A stretch of 64,000 nt of DNA from a virus. The stretch is from positions 15,811-79,810 of IMG/VR virus record IMGVR_UViG_3300047551_002099; one strand, given 5' to 3'. The notes beneath the pieces were generated by a model. It searched no databases and was not told the origin of the DNA. It saw only the letters and a program-made list of their open reading frames with translations. Below, piece by piece: positions 19,259-30,157 of the stretch. The position numbers and the translations under genes are program-made. Each line of letters starts with the position of its first letter. Position 1 is the first letter of the stretch.

Positions 19259-20335
19259 ATGGCCTACGTACCTAAGACGATTGAAGAAGCGCAACAGCAG
19301 TATCTCCAGGCGCTAGCGGACGCTAATAGCGAAATTAAGATTGACAAGATTCAAGGGTCAGTTGCTTATACCTTTGCTCGGGGTTCCGCTGCAGTAGCAG
19401 TGCTCCAAGACCTAGAACTCAAAAGCCTAGCAGATTCAATCAACCTTTCGACAGCGGTAGGTAGCCAGCTTGACAGTTTCAGTTCTTTTGGTATCACTCG
19501 CTTACCCGCAGCCCGGGCGACTGGCACTGTTCTTTGTTTATCTAAGGAAGAACCAGCAGAACTCCAACCTAACACTTTGGTTACAGAGATTAAAAGCGGG
19601 CTTCAGTTCACTACGTTAAACACGACCCCTTTAACAATTAGTTATTTAGAAACTCCCGTTCGGGTTCAGGCTCTGTCAACTGGTGCTGCCTACAATCTCG
19701 GCGCTGGGAATATTCTTTACGCTGCCGGACTTCCTTACTTCCGCGCCGTTGTTGGTAATATCCACACGGAGAACAATGAATACCTTGGTAGTCTTAGCGG
19801 CGGTGTTTCTATAGAAGACGACAACGCCTTCAGAAATCGGATAGCTAGCTGGCTGCTGAGCCATACTACAGCTAGCCGCGCGGTGGTGATTAACCGGCTC
19901 TTATCTTTCCCTGGTGTCACCCGGGCTTATACCTACACTAAAGCCGGGGGTGTTTTAGAAGTCTGGGTGGACTCGCTTCAATCGCTTAACCAATCCCAGA
20001 AGACCGAGCTGATTAACTACCTCCGGCCTTATACCTCTGACGGTATTGTGATCGCGCTGTCCCAATTGGTTACTGTCCCAGCTAACTTGACTCTTGAGAT
20101 TATTCCTTTTACTGGCAGCAATATGGATGCCACCACCAGCCGCATCCGCCAGATTATCAGTTCCTACATTGCGACTTTAGAAGTTGGGCAGAGTTTATCC
20201 CTTACCACCATTGCTGAGCTGCTCCGACCACTTGCCGTTAGGGTTCGGGTTATTGAACCTAGGGTGGACATTAGAGCAGGTCTAGGAAAGATTCTAATCC
20301 CAGGCGAAATCATTGTTAAATACCCAATTGAGTAA
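19259..20335 (+). CDS. baseplate J-like protein
   Basis: STAVGSQLD...GITRLPAARATG, VQALSTGAAYN, SGGVSIEDDNAFRNRI, FPGVTRA. Confidence 0.9.
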   Translation: MAYVPKTIEEAQQQYLQALADANSEIKIDKIQGSVAYTFARGSAAVAVLQDLELKSLADSINLSTAVGSQLDSFSSFGITRLPAARATGTVLCLSKEEPAELQPNTLVTEIKSGLQFTTLNTTPLTISYLETPVRVQALSTGAAYNLGAGNILYAAGLPYFRAVVGNIHTENNEYLGSLSGGVSIEDDNAFRNRIASWLLSHTTASRAVVINRLLSFPGVTRAYTYTKAGGVLEVWVDSLQSLNQSQKTELINYLRPYTSDGIVIALSQLVTVPANLTLEIIPFTGSNMDATTSRIRQIISSYIATLEVGQSLSLTTIAELLRPLAVRVRVIEPRVDIRAGLGKILIPGEIIVKYPIE

Positions 20336-22911
20336 TGATAGACAACCGACAGATATTACAGCTTTCCCGTCTTGGCTACTACGAAGTGCTGCTGACCCAT
20401 GCTGGGCAGATGTCTGTACCGACAGAAGACTGTCTATTTTTGGACTGGGATTTAACTACCTTTGACCCTGACTTGCCCGCCCGTTCAGTTAGCTATTCGT
20501 TTGCCCGGCGGGAGAATCGCTGCATTAAGGTTGATTACAAACCTTTCCAAACTAACGTCCGGTTGTCCCACCCTGTTAAGTTATCGAGCAAAGCGCGTTT
20601 AAGTTCTACTGTAACCGTTAGTAACTACAACGTAATTACGAACACAGACCTCACTGAAGCAGAGCTCCGCATTGCTAACTATGAGCAGCCTGACGGGTTC
20701 AATTACTTCACACTTAATCGTGAAGTCTTTGTAGGTGACGGCGTCGCTGAGTACGTTTATAACGCTACGCAAACGGCAGACGACCTTCTAACGATTAAAA
20801 CGATTAATAAACTTCCTGTCAGTCAAGCCTACACCTATCTTTTAGACGGCCCTACCATTGATAACTACAACCAGAGGCAGACTTACCAGGCTTTATCCAA
20901 ACTTTATCAATCAGATACCCGTGACGGGCTAGTTCCAGGCAGTAGTATTGCCACTGACATGGGACATAAAAACCCAGCTAACGTTGCTTGGGCTTTGCTG
21001 TATGCCTGCTCAACCAGAGCCGACCTTTATGTTTTACTGATTCTGCGGGGATTAGTAGAAGAAGCATTCCGCCGGGGTTACTTAACTCGAATAGCCGAAG
21101 GGGACATCCAAATCAATCCGAACGCGTATTGGGGATTCGAGGATTCTTTTTTGCCTGGGGCATTACAGGATGACTCAATTCGGGACATTGGGGATAACGC
21201 GCTGTTGGGCTGGGCAGTCTGCTCAGCTATCCGGTATCTCCAAGACCGCCGGCCTTTAGATAGTAACTTGATAACTGGGAAGTACCGGGACTTTGATAAG
21301 GCTTTAACCCAATTTGCGTTGTCTTTAGGTTACCTCTGCGCTTACGCTATTTCCCCTATCGTTTGGTGGAGTTGTGCCCGCTTTGAGTCTGGGTCCTTTA
21401 ACTACGAAGCGGTCTCTTTAAAAGCTTCCTATTTAAGCGATATATTTCTAAACGAGCTGTTGCAGATTAAGTACGACACATTTATCCATACTCAAGCAGC
21501 GCGGCTCCACGAAGCGATTAGCTACGCCCCAGAAGAGACTAAAGACCCTTACTACAACTCTTTTATTGACTATTCACATAACAGCAGCCAAGTTTACCGG
21601 CTGTACTGGAGTTGGAAGTTTGATGATATTATCCTAGACATTGAATTATCTAAGTACATCCCTGACGCCACCTACCTAGACAGTTACGTCGGTTATCTCT
21701 ATATGGTAGAGGATTTGCCTTTACCTACTTGGTTAAATGACCTTGCTGACCAAAGAGCAGAAGTTTTGAATGCTACTGATATCACCGCTGCCAGAAGTTT
21801 AAATACTAAGAGCTTCTTACCACTCCTGCTGGGTATGTCGCTTTATAACGCTAAAAGCCCCACGAACTTTTATTACTACTGTCACGAAGCTACGGCCAAA
21901 GTCACCTATGTTCTTAACGAATTGAGACGGATGTGGCCGGTGGGGTATCAGTGGACTAACACAGAAGTTCTTAATACCGTGACCAGCGTTCTAGGGTCAA
22001 TGCTCTATGCTGAAGCCAGTCTTTATTATGATTACTACTTACTTTACTTCCTAATTAGAGACGGGCTGGCGTTGGATAAGGCGCAAGGCGACCAAGCCCG
22101 AAATTGGGTTAGTCTATTTATTCAATCTAAGTCTTTAACCTCAGACCAATTTATAACGACTTGGACCTATGAGTATCTAAACCGGGACATCAATCAACAT
22201 GATGACTTGCAGGCTTTCCTGCGCCAGCAGTTTGCTTATGAAAGCCTAACCATTACCCATCCAACGCCGGCGGATTACAGCACCTTAGACAACTTTGACT
22301 TAATTGAAGATGATTTCTTTAACTACACCTCCGAAAGTAATAACTACGAAGACGAAGTTTTCAGTGAAGCAGAGAACCGCAGCATTGTTTATAAACCGGG
22401 TTCTGCAGTTGACCTTTCCGCTGATTACGGTATTGACACCAATGAGCGTGTTAACGCCTACGGCGACTTCGTCCAACGGCGTGTGCCCGGCTTTCCCTAC
22501 CGTAACTGCTTAATTAGCTTTAATATCTTTAATTGCTCAGACTCGCTCCTGTTGAATACCGAGTACTACGACATGCCGGTAACGGAGCGATTAATGTACC
22601 GGCCCTATTTATCAATTTCTGACCCGGATGCGCCTGACTGTAGTCATGACTATTGGTATAATCCAGACCTTTATATCTTAGATGGGCCTGTCATGTTGAA
22701 AAGATTACATGATTACATCCCGAAGACAACGATTATCTTAAACGACCAACTAGTGCCACATCTAGATACAGTCCTCTATAACACAATGCCGGCGGGGGTG
22801 GGCTACAGGGTAGTAGCTAATAACTACTATATTGAAGTTAAGGACAAGATTGTCACTGATACTTGGTTCTTTGACGACTACGACCGCTTAGAGAATACCG
22901 TTTACACTTAG
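20335..22911 (+). CDS. baseplate wedge (gpI/DUF2313-like) with a central helical-toroid-like insert
   Basis: Follows J. Has LRRMWPVGYQW, LALDKAQG and terminal MPAGVGY wedge-like motifs, plus NVAWALLYA and GDNALLGWA repeats. Confidence 0.5.
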   Translation: MIDNRQILQLSRLGYYEVLLTHAGQMSVPTEDCLFLDWDLTTFDPDLPARSVSYSFARRENRCIKVDYKPFQTNVRLSHPVKLSSKARLSSTVTVSNYNVITNTDLTEAELRIANYEQPDGFNYFTLNREVFVGDGVAEYVYNATQTADDLLTIKTINKLPVSQAYTYLLDGPTIDNYNQRQTYQALSKLYQSDTRDGLVPGSSIATDMGHKNPANVAWALLYACSTRADLYVLLILRGLVEEAFRRGYLTRIAEGDIQINPNAYWGFEDSFLPGALQDDSIRDIGDNALLGWAVCSAIRYLQDRRPLDSNLITGKYRDFDKALTQFALSLGYLCAYAISPIVWWSCARFESGSFNYEAVSLKASYLSDIFLNELLQIKYDTFIHTQAARLHEAISYAPEETKDPYYNSFIDYSHNSSQVYRLYWSWKFDDIILDIELSKYIPDATYLDSYVGYLYMVEDLPLPTWLNDLADQRAEVLNATDITAARSLNTKSFLPLLLGMSLYNAKSPTNFYYYCHEATAKVTYVLNELRRMWPVGYQWTNTEVLNTVTSVLGSMLYAEASLYYDYYLLYFLIRDGLALDKAQGDQARNWVSLFIQSKSLTSDQFITTWTYEYLNRDINQHDDLQAFLRQQFAYESLTITHPTPADYSTLDNFDLIEDDFFNYTSESNNYEDEVFSEAENRSIVYKPGSAVDLSADYGIDTNERVNAYGDFVQRRVPGFPYRNCLISFNIFNCSDSLLLNTEYYDMPVTERLMYRPYLSISDPDAPDCSHDYWYNPDLYILDGPVMLKRLHDYIPKTTIILNDQLVPHLDTVLYNTMPAGVGYRVVANNYYIEVKDKIVTDTWFFDDYDRLENTVYT

Positions 22912-22917
22912 AACATC

Positions 22918-25900
22918 ATGGCTGTAGCAGACGATTATGAATCGCTGAGAATACCAGTATTAGAAGGTATTAATGATGACCCTCAAGAGCCTAACTATTT
23001 AGACAACGGTCGGGGGTGTAATGGTTCTTTCTTTGTGGACCGCTACAATGCACTAATCGATATTCTTAAAGGCATTCCTGAAGGTCCTCCGGGTCCTCAA
23101 GGAGTTCAAGGTAACCCAGGGCCTCAAGGTATTCAGGGAGTTCAAGGGCTTGTTGGGCCAGAAGGGCCCCAAGGAGAGCCGGGCCTAGCAGGTATTACTT
23201 GGCGCACAGGTGATGGAGTTCCCAGTGACTCCTTAGGAGTAAATAACGACTTATACCTAGACCTACTGACGGGAGACGTCTATAAGCGTATCAATGGAGT
23301 CTACTATACCGTCCTTAATCTTATTGGGCCGGCTGGCCCAGAAGGGCCCCAAGGCGACCCTGGCTTAGACGGTTTGGACGGGATTAACGGTGCTACTATC
23401 CGGGTAGGCGGCACCACCCCAGATAATACTTTAGGTAACAACGGGGATTACTATATTGTCTCTACGTCAGGCGACTTACACCTCAAAAGTGGTGGCGCGT
23501 ACTCTGTTGTAGCTAACTTAAAAGGCCCCCAAGGTATTCAAGGTATCCAAGGTATTCAAGGTATCCAAGGAGAGCCTGGAACTTCTATTACGGTCGTCGG
23601 AACGCTTGCTAACGTGGGAGACCTCCCAGTAAGCTCTACAGTAGGGAGTACCTACTTAGTAGGTGGTTCGGGAGGAGACCTCTACGTTTGGAGTGAAAAT
23701 AATACCTGGGTAAATCTAGGACCCTTCCAAGGCCCGGTTGGCCCCCAAGGTTTGAAAGGGGATACTGGCGACACTGGCCCTCAAGGTATACAAGGTATAC
23801 AAGGTATACAGGGTATACAAGGGCCTTCTGGGAACGTTTGGCGGAGCGGGCCTGTTAATCCCTCAAACGGAACTGGGGTAGATGACGATTACTACGTCAA
23901 TACTACCAGTGGGGATGTCTTTAAACGGGCTGCGGGTGCCTACGTTTTGCAGGGTAATATTAAAGGGCCGATCGGCGACCCTGGGCCTCAAGGTAACCCA
24001 GGCGATCAAGGGCCCCAAGGCCCCATCGGGGTAGCAGGGACTGTTTGGCGGAGTGCTGGGGCAGTTCCTAGTAATAGCCTTGGGGTAGACGGAGATTATT
24101 ACCTAAACACCGCCACCGGAGACGTACTCAGACGGACGTCTGGAGTTTATGTTCTACAAGGTAATATCAAAGGGCCGATTGGTGACCAAGGTATTCAAGG
24201 GCCTCAAGGTGACCCTGGCCCTCAAGGTAATACGGGTATTCAAGGGCCGACCGGGCCGGCTGGGGATAAAGCTGGTGTTAAATACTACTACTCATCTACC
24301 ACAACGGAAGGCGACCCTGGCAACGGGACGTTCCGCTTTAGCTCCACTATTCTAGGAGCGATTACCTACCTTTATATTGACAACGCGGATTTTAATAACA
24401 CTAACCAGACAGCTTGGTACAATGCCTGGGATGATTCTACCTCTACCATTAAGGGCCAGCTCTACGTTACAGGTAACACCGGCGGCAGCGCGGCGATGGC
24501 AGTGTTTAACATCACTGGGGATGTCATTATCGCCTCTGGCTACTACAAGGTGCCAGTTTTAAACGTTACTGGCACGCTACCCGCTAACGGGGAGGTATGC
24601 ACGATTACCTTTGTGCCGGCAGGCTATAAAGGTGACCAAGGCATCCAAGGTATTCAGGGAATCCAAGGAGAGACAGGCACTCAAGGGCCCCAAGGTAACC
24701 CAGGAGTTAACGGAGCTACCGGGCCAGCCGGCGCGACAGGAGATAAAGGTGGTATTAAATATGTCTACTCCACGACAACCACAGACGCTGACCCTGGCAG
24801 TGGAATATTCCGGCTGAACAACGCGACGGTGGGCAGTGTCACTTTTATCTATATAGATAACGTGGACTCCGGCGGGGTCTCCCGAACGAACTGGTATGAC
24901 ACCTGGGATGACTCAACTTCTACAACCAAAGGGCATCTCTACATCGCAGCTAACTCATCTAGTAACGCAACTCAACTGGTTTATAACGTTACTGCGGTTA
25001 CAGTAGCTACTGGGTACTACAAGATAGCGGTCAGTTACGTCAGCGGGGTTAACACCTTAGCAAATAATGATGCTTGTACCTTGACCTTTGTGCCTACTGG
25101 AACAAAAGGAGATACAGGCCCTCAAGGGACTCAAGGGATTGAAGGTCCAGCTGGCGCTGGTGGCCTCCGAGTTGGTCTACGTTATAACTTCTCAACCATC
25201 ACTAATGCCACCGGTATTGCGGCAGGAACGATTCGGTACAACAGCTCAACAGTAAGCTCTGTAACAGTATTGTTCATTGCTAATACCGACGTTATGGGGC
25301 TTACCCAGAACACTTGGTTAGCCGGGCTAGATGATTCGTCGAATACTAATAACCGGGGGCTCATCACCATCATGGGAGCTGACCCAACTAGCAACACTGC
25401 AACAGTCTTTAAAGTAACCGGGGTTGCTACTGTTTTCTCAACTTATACTTCTGTAGCGGTTACCTACGTTTCTGGCACCCGGCCTGCGGATGCACAAGCA
25501 TTAGCAGTTGAATTTAGTCCAGCAGGAGACCTTGGTCCTACTGGCCCCGATGGAGCTACCGGGCCAGCCGGGCCGGCAGGCCCCGCGGGGACTACTGGCG
25601 CCACTGGGGCTGATGGCGGCTGGCAGAGTGCCCAAACAGTAACGACCTTTACCGCAAGTGGTAACCTGACGGCTACCCACGTTGGGCACCTAGTCAGAAG
25701 CAACTCGGCTTCAAACATTACGTTAACCATTACTCAGTTCACTCCAACTACTGGGGTTCATATTGACTTAATGCGTTACGGCACCGGTGGGTTAACGATT
25801 GCTGCCGCGGCTGGAGTAACGATTCGGAGTGTAGCCAGCTATCGGGGTCTAAACTTCCAATACTCCTGTGCGTCTCTAGTCCACCTGGGAAGTAACGAAT

Positions 25901-25929
25901 GGCTATTGGCTGGAGACCTTAAAGCATAG
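22918..25929 (+). CDS. collagen-like tail fibre
   Basis: Multiple Gly-X-Y runs alternating with repeated globular modules. C-terminal [21 protein letters not shown] fibre-end motif. Confidence 0.85.
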   Translation: MAVADDYESLRIPVLEGINDDPQEPNYLDNGRGCNGSFFVDRYNALIDILKGIPEGPPGPQGVQGNPGPQGIQGVQGLVGPEGPQGEPGLAGITWRTGDGVPSDSLGVNNDLYLDLLTGDVYKRINGVYYTVLNLIGPAGPEGPQGDPGLDGLDGINGATIRVGGTTPDNTLGNNGDYYIVSTSGDLHLKSGGAYSVVANLKGPQGIQGIQGIQGIQGEPGTSITVVGTLANVGDLPVSSTVGSTYLVGGSGGDLYVWSENNTWVNLGPFQGPVGPQGLKGDTGDTGPQGIQGIQGIQGIQGPSGNVWRSGPVNPSNGTGVDDDYYVNTTSGDVFKRAAGAYVLQGNIKGPIGDPGPQGNPGDQGPQGPIGVAGTVWRSAGAVPSNSLGVDGDYYLNTATGDVLRRTSGVYVLQGNIKGPIGDQGIQGPQGDPGPQGNTGIQGPTGPAGDKAGVKYYYSSTTTEGDPGNGTFRFSSTILGAITYLYIDNADFNNTNQTAWYNAWDDSTSTIKGQLYVTGNTGGSAAMAVFNITGDVIIASGYYKVPVLNVTGTLPANGEVCTITFVPAGYKGDQGIQGIQGIQGETGTQGPQGNPGVNGATGPAGATGDKGGIKYVYSTTTTDADPGSGIFRLNNATVGSVTFIYIDNVDSGGVSRTNWYDTWDDSTSTTKGHLYIAANSSSNATQLVYNVTAVTVATGYYKIAVSYVSGVNTLANNDACTLTFVPTGTKGDTGPQGTQGIEGPAGAGGLRVGLRYNFSTITNATGIAAGTIRYNSSTVSSVTVLFIANTDVMGLTQNTWLAGLDDSSNTNNRGLITIMGADPTSNTATVFKVTGVATVFSTYTSVAVTYVSGTRPADAQALAVEFSPAGDLGPTGPDGATGPAGPAGPAGTTGATGADGGWQSAQTVTTFTASGNLTATHVGHLVRSNSASNITLTITQFTPTTGVHIDLMRYGTGGLTIAAAAGVTIRSVASYRGLNFQYSCASLVHLGSNEWLLAGDLKA
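23530..23570 (+). repeat. 9-bp tandem repeat CAAGGTATy (QGI)n inside the fibre gene
   Basis: Four and a half units. A similar array (CAAGGTATA) lies at 23782-23820. Confidence 0.9.
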
Positions 25930-25932
25930 ACT

Positions 25933-26856
25933 ATGCCTTACACCATCGGGTTCCACAAGTTTAATCCTCCTTACTGGACGGCACAAGAAGTCTTCAATGA
26001 AGGCGGGTCTATCAGCCTGTGGTTATCTGGAAACACTGCTGATAATTATCAAGGAACGCTACCAACGACTATTACTAAAGACGGGGCGGGTTATGTTTCT
26101 GCTTGGTCTAGTAGTTGGGGCGCAGCAGTAACAAACGCTGGTGGGTCGTCTGTAAAACCATATGTTGTTGGGGGTAACCCTTATATAACTTTCCCTAACA
26201 ACACATTCCTAAACGTGGGGCAAGAGGTAGTCATTAACCCCTTGACGACGTCTAGCCCAGCGAACAACATCGCTGCCTTCTTTTTAGTAGTTAGCATAAA
26301 CGCGGCGTACTTTGGATATAACAAAAGCTGGTCGTTGCTTGCTTCTTATAATGGTTCTAACCCTAACTACTTCCATTCATTTGCGTATCTACAATCCGAC
26401 TCGACCGACCGGTTTTGGTTTGGTCAGCGAGCTCAAACAGCAACAGGCTCTGGGCAAAATATTCAGAGTCAGATGTACAGCTCTAATTTAATTTTTAATG
26501 ATAAATACACTCTTATTACTGGCTTCATTAATAATAACAGCTCAACCTTCCAAGCGTCGTCCTATTTCTATAACGCTGACGGTTACGGAAATCTAGTAAG
26601 TCAGACTACTAACATTACAGGAATACCCTCAGCTAACTACGGTAATCTGACCGCTACCACCTTAAATACCATTCCTGGTGGGGATGCGACTACTTTAGGG
26701 CTAACCAGCTACTTTAACTGTCACGAACTTTTACTAGCTGACCTAACCTACTCCTCTAATCTATTCACAAAGGTGGAGGGGTCTATGGCTTGGAAGTATG
26801 GGATTCCTCTACCTAACACTCACCCCTACTATAGCTCTGCTCCTTTACTTGTTTAA
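25933..26856 (+). CDS. LamG/concanavalin A-like fibre-associated protein (receptor-binding candidate)
   Basis: SLWLS...VSAW...PYITF near the N-terminus and KVEGSMAWKYGIPLPNTHPY C-terminus, characteristic of phage LamG-like virion proteins. Confidence 0.6.
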   Translation: MPYTIGFHKFNPPYWTAQEVFNEGGSISLWLSGNTADNYQGTLPTTITKDGAGYVSAWSSSWGAAVTNAGGSSVKPYVVGGNPYITFPNNTFLNVGQEVVINPLTTSSPANNIAAFFLVVSINAAYFGYNKSWSLLASYNGSNPNYFHSFAYLQSDSTDRFWFGQRAQTATGSGQNIQSQMYSSNLIFNDKYTLITGFINNNSSTFQASSYFYNADGYGNLVSQTTNITGIPSANYGNLTATTLNTIPGGDATTLGLTSYFNCHELLLADLTYSSNLFTKVEGSMAWKYGIPLPNTHPYYSSAPLLV

Positions 26857-26861
26857 TTATT

Positions 26862-27668
26862 ATGGCTGTATCTCCAATCGTTATACTAGGTGACCAATTT
26901 ACAGGTAGCGGCTCTGATGACACTACCCAAGGTTTTCGTAAGTACAACACACACGTTCATAGTGAAGCCCGGGTCACTGACTTTCTAGCCTACGACGTGG
27001 CAATGGCAGACCCAGTTTATCTATATAACGTTGACGACCAGCTTGTTTACAACACCATCACCCCGCCAGAGATTACCTATCTTTCTGCTACCCAACTTAG
27101 GTTAAGCACTACGGTTAATCAAACCTTAACAGACACGGTTCTTTATGTAAAAGCGCCGAAGGAAGAACCGGAAACCGCGGTTGTCATTCGGGGAGTCACG
27201 ATTGAAGCAGGGTCCAATATTATTGAATTCACTGGTGATTTATCCAGTGGGTTTATCGCGGACAGTCAACTCCAAGCGCTATCCGCCGACCAACTTAACC
27301 ATACATTTACGATACCGTCAGGGGTGGCTAACTATACCTACCCGTTGGTTTTCCCCTCTGCTAATAAAACTTGGGTACGCTCCCTAGCTATTGCGTCTCA
27401 CCACGGTAAAGGGATTTACCAACTTATAGCCAAGCGGGAAAACCAAGAACGGCTGTTGGTGGACATTGACATCCAAAACCCTGGTGTTATCCACAACGTA
27501 GACCTTACCGATGCTAGTGTTGACGGCTCAGTCTTTAGTTATCCTAATAACTTACTGCCCAGCCCGCTAGATGAATATAGCTACTTAAACTTTAAGGTTC
27601 TCCAAACAGAGCCGACTATAAACCATGTTGTAGTTAGTCTCTCTTTGGAAATTCAGAAGGTACTATAA
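26862..27668 (+). CDS. virion structural protein
   Basis: N-terminal GSGSDDTTQGFRKYN resembles the GxGDxxRxAFxKxN fibre-anchor motif. Confidence 0.45.
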   Translation: MAVSPIVILGDQFTGSGSDDTTQGFRKYNTHVHSEARVTDFLAYDVAMADPVYLYNVDDQLVYNTITPPEITYLSATQLRLSTTVNQTLTDTVLYVKAPKEEPETAVVIRGVTIEAGSNIIEFTGDLSSGFIADSQLQALSADQLNHTFTIPSGVANYTYPLVFPSANKTWVRSLAIASHHGKGIYQLIAKRENQERLLVDIDIQNPGVIHNVDLTDASVDGSVFSYPNNLLPSPLDEYSYLNFKVLQTEPTINHVVVSLSLEIQKVL

Positions 27669-27670
27669 CA

Positions 27671-29452
27671 ATGGCAGGGTTAGATAACTCCTTGGACTTC
27701 AGCAACTTTTTTGAAGAGTTAGCTGCTGAAGTCCGACAAGAATACTCAACTGACTGCGCTGCTACCAATATCATGGAGTTCCTTGAGAACGAAGTGGATA
27801 TTACCAGCTGGTTAGGGGAAGGGGGAAGTTTAACACCACAACAAAGAACCATTTTAAAGATTTACGATGGGCTTGAGTTAGACGATGACGAGCTGGCACT
27901 GGTAGAAGCTTGGAAAGCACTAGATAGGACAACCTACGACTTTGAGTTAGGGCCTAAGTCACGGCAAGCTTTTGTGATGGAGGCAGGGCGCAGCTCAGGA
28001 AAAAGTTTTTTAGGTAGTATTATCTTGGGTTACGAGTGGTATAAGCTTTGCATGATGCCTAACCCCCAAGCGTTTTTTGGAGTAGCTGCATCTACCCTTA
28101 TTTCTATCTATTGCTTAGCCCCGTCATCTACCCAAACCAAGAAAACCATCTTTGGGATTTCTAAGGCATTTCTAAACTATATCCCTAAGATTAAACGTCT
28201 AATTGATAACAAAAGTATCGTCGTTGGGGAAGAAGAAATTAAGTACCCTGAAAAGCTACTGTACATCTACGCCGGGAACAGCAAAGGGAGCACCCAGGTC
28301 GGTAGCCGTGTCATTCTAATGGTTATGGATGAGGTAGCTCGTTTTGAGTCTAAAGATGGGGACTCTAACGCCTTGGAACTATGGTCTAACGTAGGGGTGT
28401 CAGGTATCACCTTTGGGGAGTTTGCTCGACGGGTAGCTATCTCTTCAGCGTGGGAAGAAGGTGACGCTATTCAAAAGCTGTGGAATGCCTCTAAGTTAGA
28501 AGACTCTTGGATTGGTTTTCGTTTTCGTACTTGGGACGTTAACCCCAAAATGGATAGGGACAACCCTATCATCGCTTCGGAGTATAACTTAGACGCATCT
28601 AATGCAAAGCTTGAGTTTGAAGGTGACCGTTCAGCCAATGCCTATTCTTTCTTTGCTGAGCAAGAGGTTCACCGAGCCTTCAGAGGTCGAGTACGTTGTG
28701 ATATTCAAGTGATGCCATCGTTAGGTGACGGGCTGATCCGCTTGGAAGCAAAGTCCGTTGAGCAGTTCAGCGGGTTGACCTATATGCACTTAGACCCGGC
28801 GGTAGTGCGGGATGCTTATGCTATGTGTTTTGGCCACGGGGAAACCAACAGCGGTGGTCAAAAGATTGTAGTCATAGATGGACTCGCGGCTTGGGAGCCT
28901 AAACCAGGAGAAGTTGTTAGTTTATTAAACGTTTATGACATTATTTATAGTATTCATGGTCAGCGTCCAATACATAAAGTAACCACTGACCACGCGCAAC
29001 AAGCAGAGACAATTCAACGACTACGGATGAATGGGCTGAACGCCAGCAGTCTATTCTTTTCCAACCGGCTGCAAGTTGAGATTTACGATGCCACTCGTAA
29101 GCTGTTACATGAAGACCGACTGATTCTGCCTAAGGACTCCCCCTGGTCAAACTTGCTGCGCCACGAAATGATGACCATTCAGTACGACCGGCAGAAAAAT
29201 AAGATTTACCATAATCCCGATTCCAGTAAAGACGTTCTTGACTGCCTATGTTCTGTGGTTTGGCATATCGCTGGCAACCAAATAGGTAGCGCTAATTCTG
29301 TTGTTATTTCCAAACGGCAGACTCTATTTAACCAAGCAATGGATAAGTTCGGTCGGACAGTAGACGATGATGATTTTGTCACTAGCCGCCGGGAGGTCGT
29401 TAGAAGCGCCCGTACCGTAAAAAGCGGGCTGTTTGACGAGTACGATTTTTAG
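27671..29452 (+). CDS. terL: terminase large subunit
   Basis: LTPQQ adenine-binding motif, Walker A AGRSSGKS, Walker B ILMVMDE, coupling motif ISS, nuclease acidic residues HLDPA...DAYA and SKDVLD. Confidence 0.9.
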   Translation: MAGLDNSLDFSNFFEELAAEVRQEYSTDCAATNIMEFLENEVDITSWLGEGGSLTPQQRTILKIYDGLELDDDELALVEAWKALDRTTYDFELGPKSRQAFVMEAGRSSGKSFLGSIILGYEWYKLCMMPNPQAFFGVAASTLISIYCLAPSSTQTKKTIFGISKAFLNYIPKIKRLIDNKSIVVGEEEIKYPEKLLYIYAGNSKGSTQVGSRVILMVMDEVARFESKDGDSNALELWSNVGVSGITFGEFARRVAISSAWEEGDAIQKLWNASKLEDSWIGFRFRTWDVNPKMDRDNPIIASEYNLDASNAKLEFEGDRSANAYSFFAEQEVHRAFRGRVRCDIQVMPSLGDGLIRLEAKSVEQFSGLTYMHLDPAVVRDAYAMCFGHGETNSGGQKIVVIDGLAAWEPKPGEVVSLLNVYDIIYSIHGQRPIHKVTTDHAQQAETIQRLRMNGLNASSLFFSNRLQVEIYDATRKLLHEDRLILPKDSPWSNLLRHEMMTIQYDRQKNKIYHNPDSSKDVLDCLCSVVWHIAGNQIGSANSVVISKRQTLFNQAMDKFGRTVDDDDFVTSRREVVRSARTVKSGLFDEYDF

Positions 29453-29475
29453 TTTAGGTTGAGAGTAGTAAGCCA

Positions 29476-29490
29476 CACGAACGGTTCGTG
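29476..29490. repeat. 15-bp palindrome CACGAAC-N-GTTCGTG, copy 2
   Basis: cacgaacggttcgtg, 2 nt before the ATG at 29493. Confidence 0.85.
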
Positions 29491-29492
29491 CA

Positions 29493-30152
29493 ATGCCTGA
29501 GTCTAACCCCTACAGTCCGATTCTGCCACCACCCCAACCTAGTATCTGGCCCGCTACGTCCGAGGCTCAAATTCTGCAGACGGTAGAAACCCGGCTGACC
29601 TACACGCCTATTGTGGTTCAGTTCTTATCCCCAATTCTGAACGAAGACAGCTCCCCTTACACAGATAAACAAGGTAAGAAACGTTACGCTCTTCGGATTA
29701 GCTGTCCACCCAGCAACCGTCCCGGTGAGTGGCAGTACATCCCTGATAGTTATTACTATGAAATCCCTGACGATGGATTGCTACGGCTGCAGCTAGTCCC
29801 TTCTGACCGTTACTTGCCGATTGGACGTTATGTTGTAGAGTACTTCCGCATTGGTAAGAAGTTACCTGTCTTAACGCAGCGTTGGGTTGTTCCTAAACCC
29901 CCACCAATGGGAACCTATTCTTTCACTTATGAACTCCAACCTCCAATTCTTCCCGTAGATGTTTGGAAGGTTACCAGTGTTTCAGCAGGTTATGAATGGG
30001 TAAGTAACTACAACTCACTGACTTGGGGCACCCCGCCGGCGCTAGGTGATGTAGTTAACGTTCGCTACCAACGCGCGGTCACCCTTGATAAGTTAATTGA
30101 CTATAGTTTGAATAACACTAATATTAAAGAAACTGACCGAGTTCGATATTAA
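29493..30152 (+). CDS. hypothetical protein (probable virion or tail assembly protein)
   Basis: 219-aa ORF between terL and the giant gene. Confidence 0.6.
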   Translation: MPESNPYSPILPPPQPSIWPATSEAQILQTVETRLTYTPIVVQFLSPILNEDSSPYTDKQGKKRYALRISCPPSNRPGEWQYIPDSYYYEIPDDGLLRLQLVPSDRYLPIGRYVVEYFRIGKKLPVLTQRWVVPKPPPMGTYSFTYELQPPILPVDVWKVTSVSAGYEWVSNYNSLTWGTPPALGDVVNVRYQRAVTLDKLIDYSLNNTNIKETDRVRY

Positions 30153-30157
30153 ATAGA

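Noticed and set aside
4762-22911. Extracellular contractile injection system or T6SS rather than a phage
   Set aside because: A terminase large subunit, a capsid-like gene, tRNAs and HNH endonucleases indicate a true phage.
23530-23820. CRISPR array
   Set aside because: These are 9-bp in-frame collagen codon repeats without spacers. No repeat-spacer array was seen anywhere in the window.
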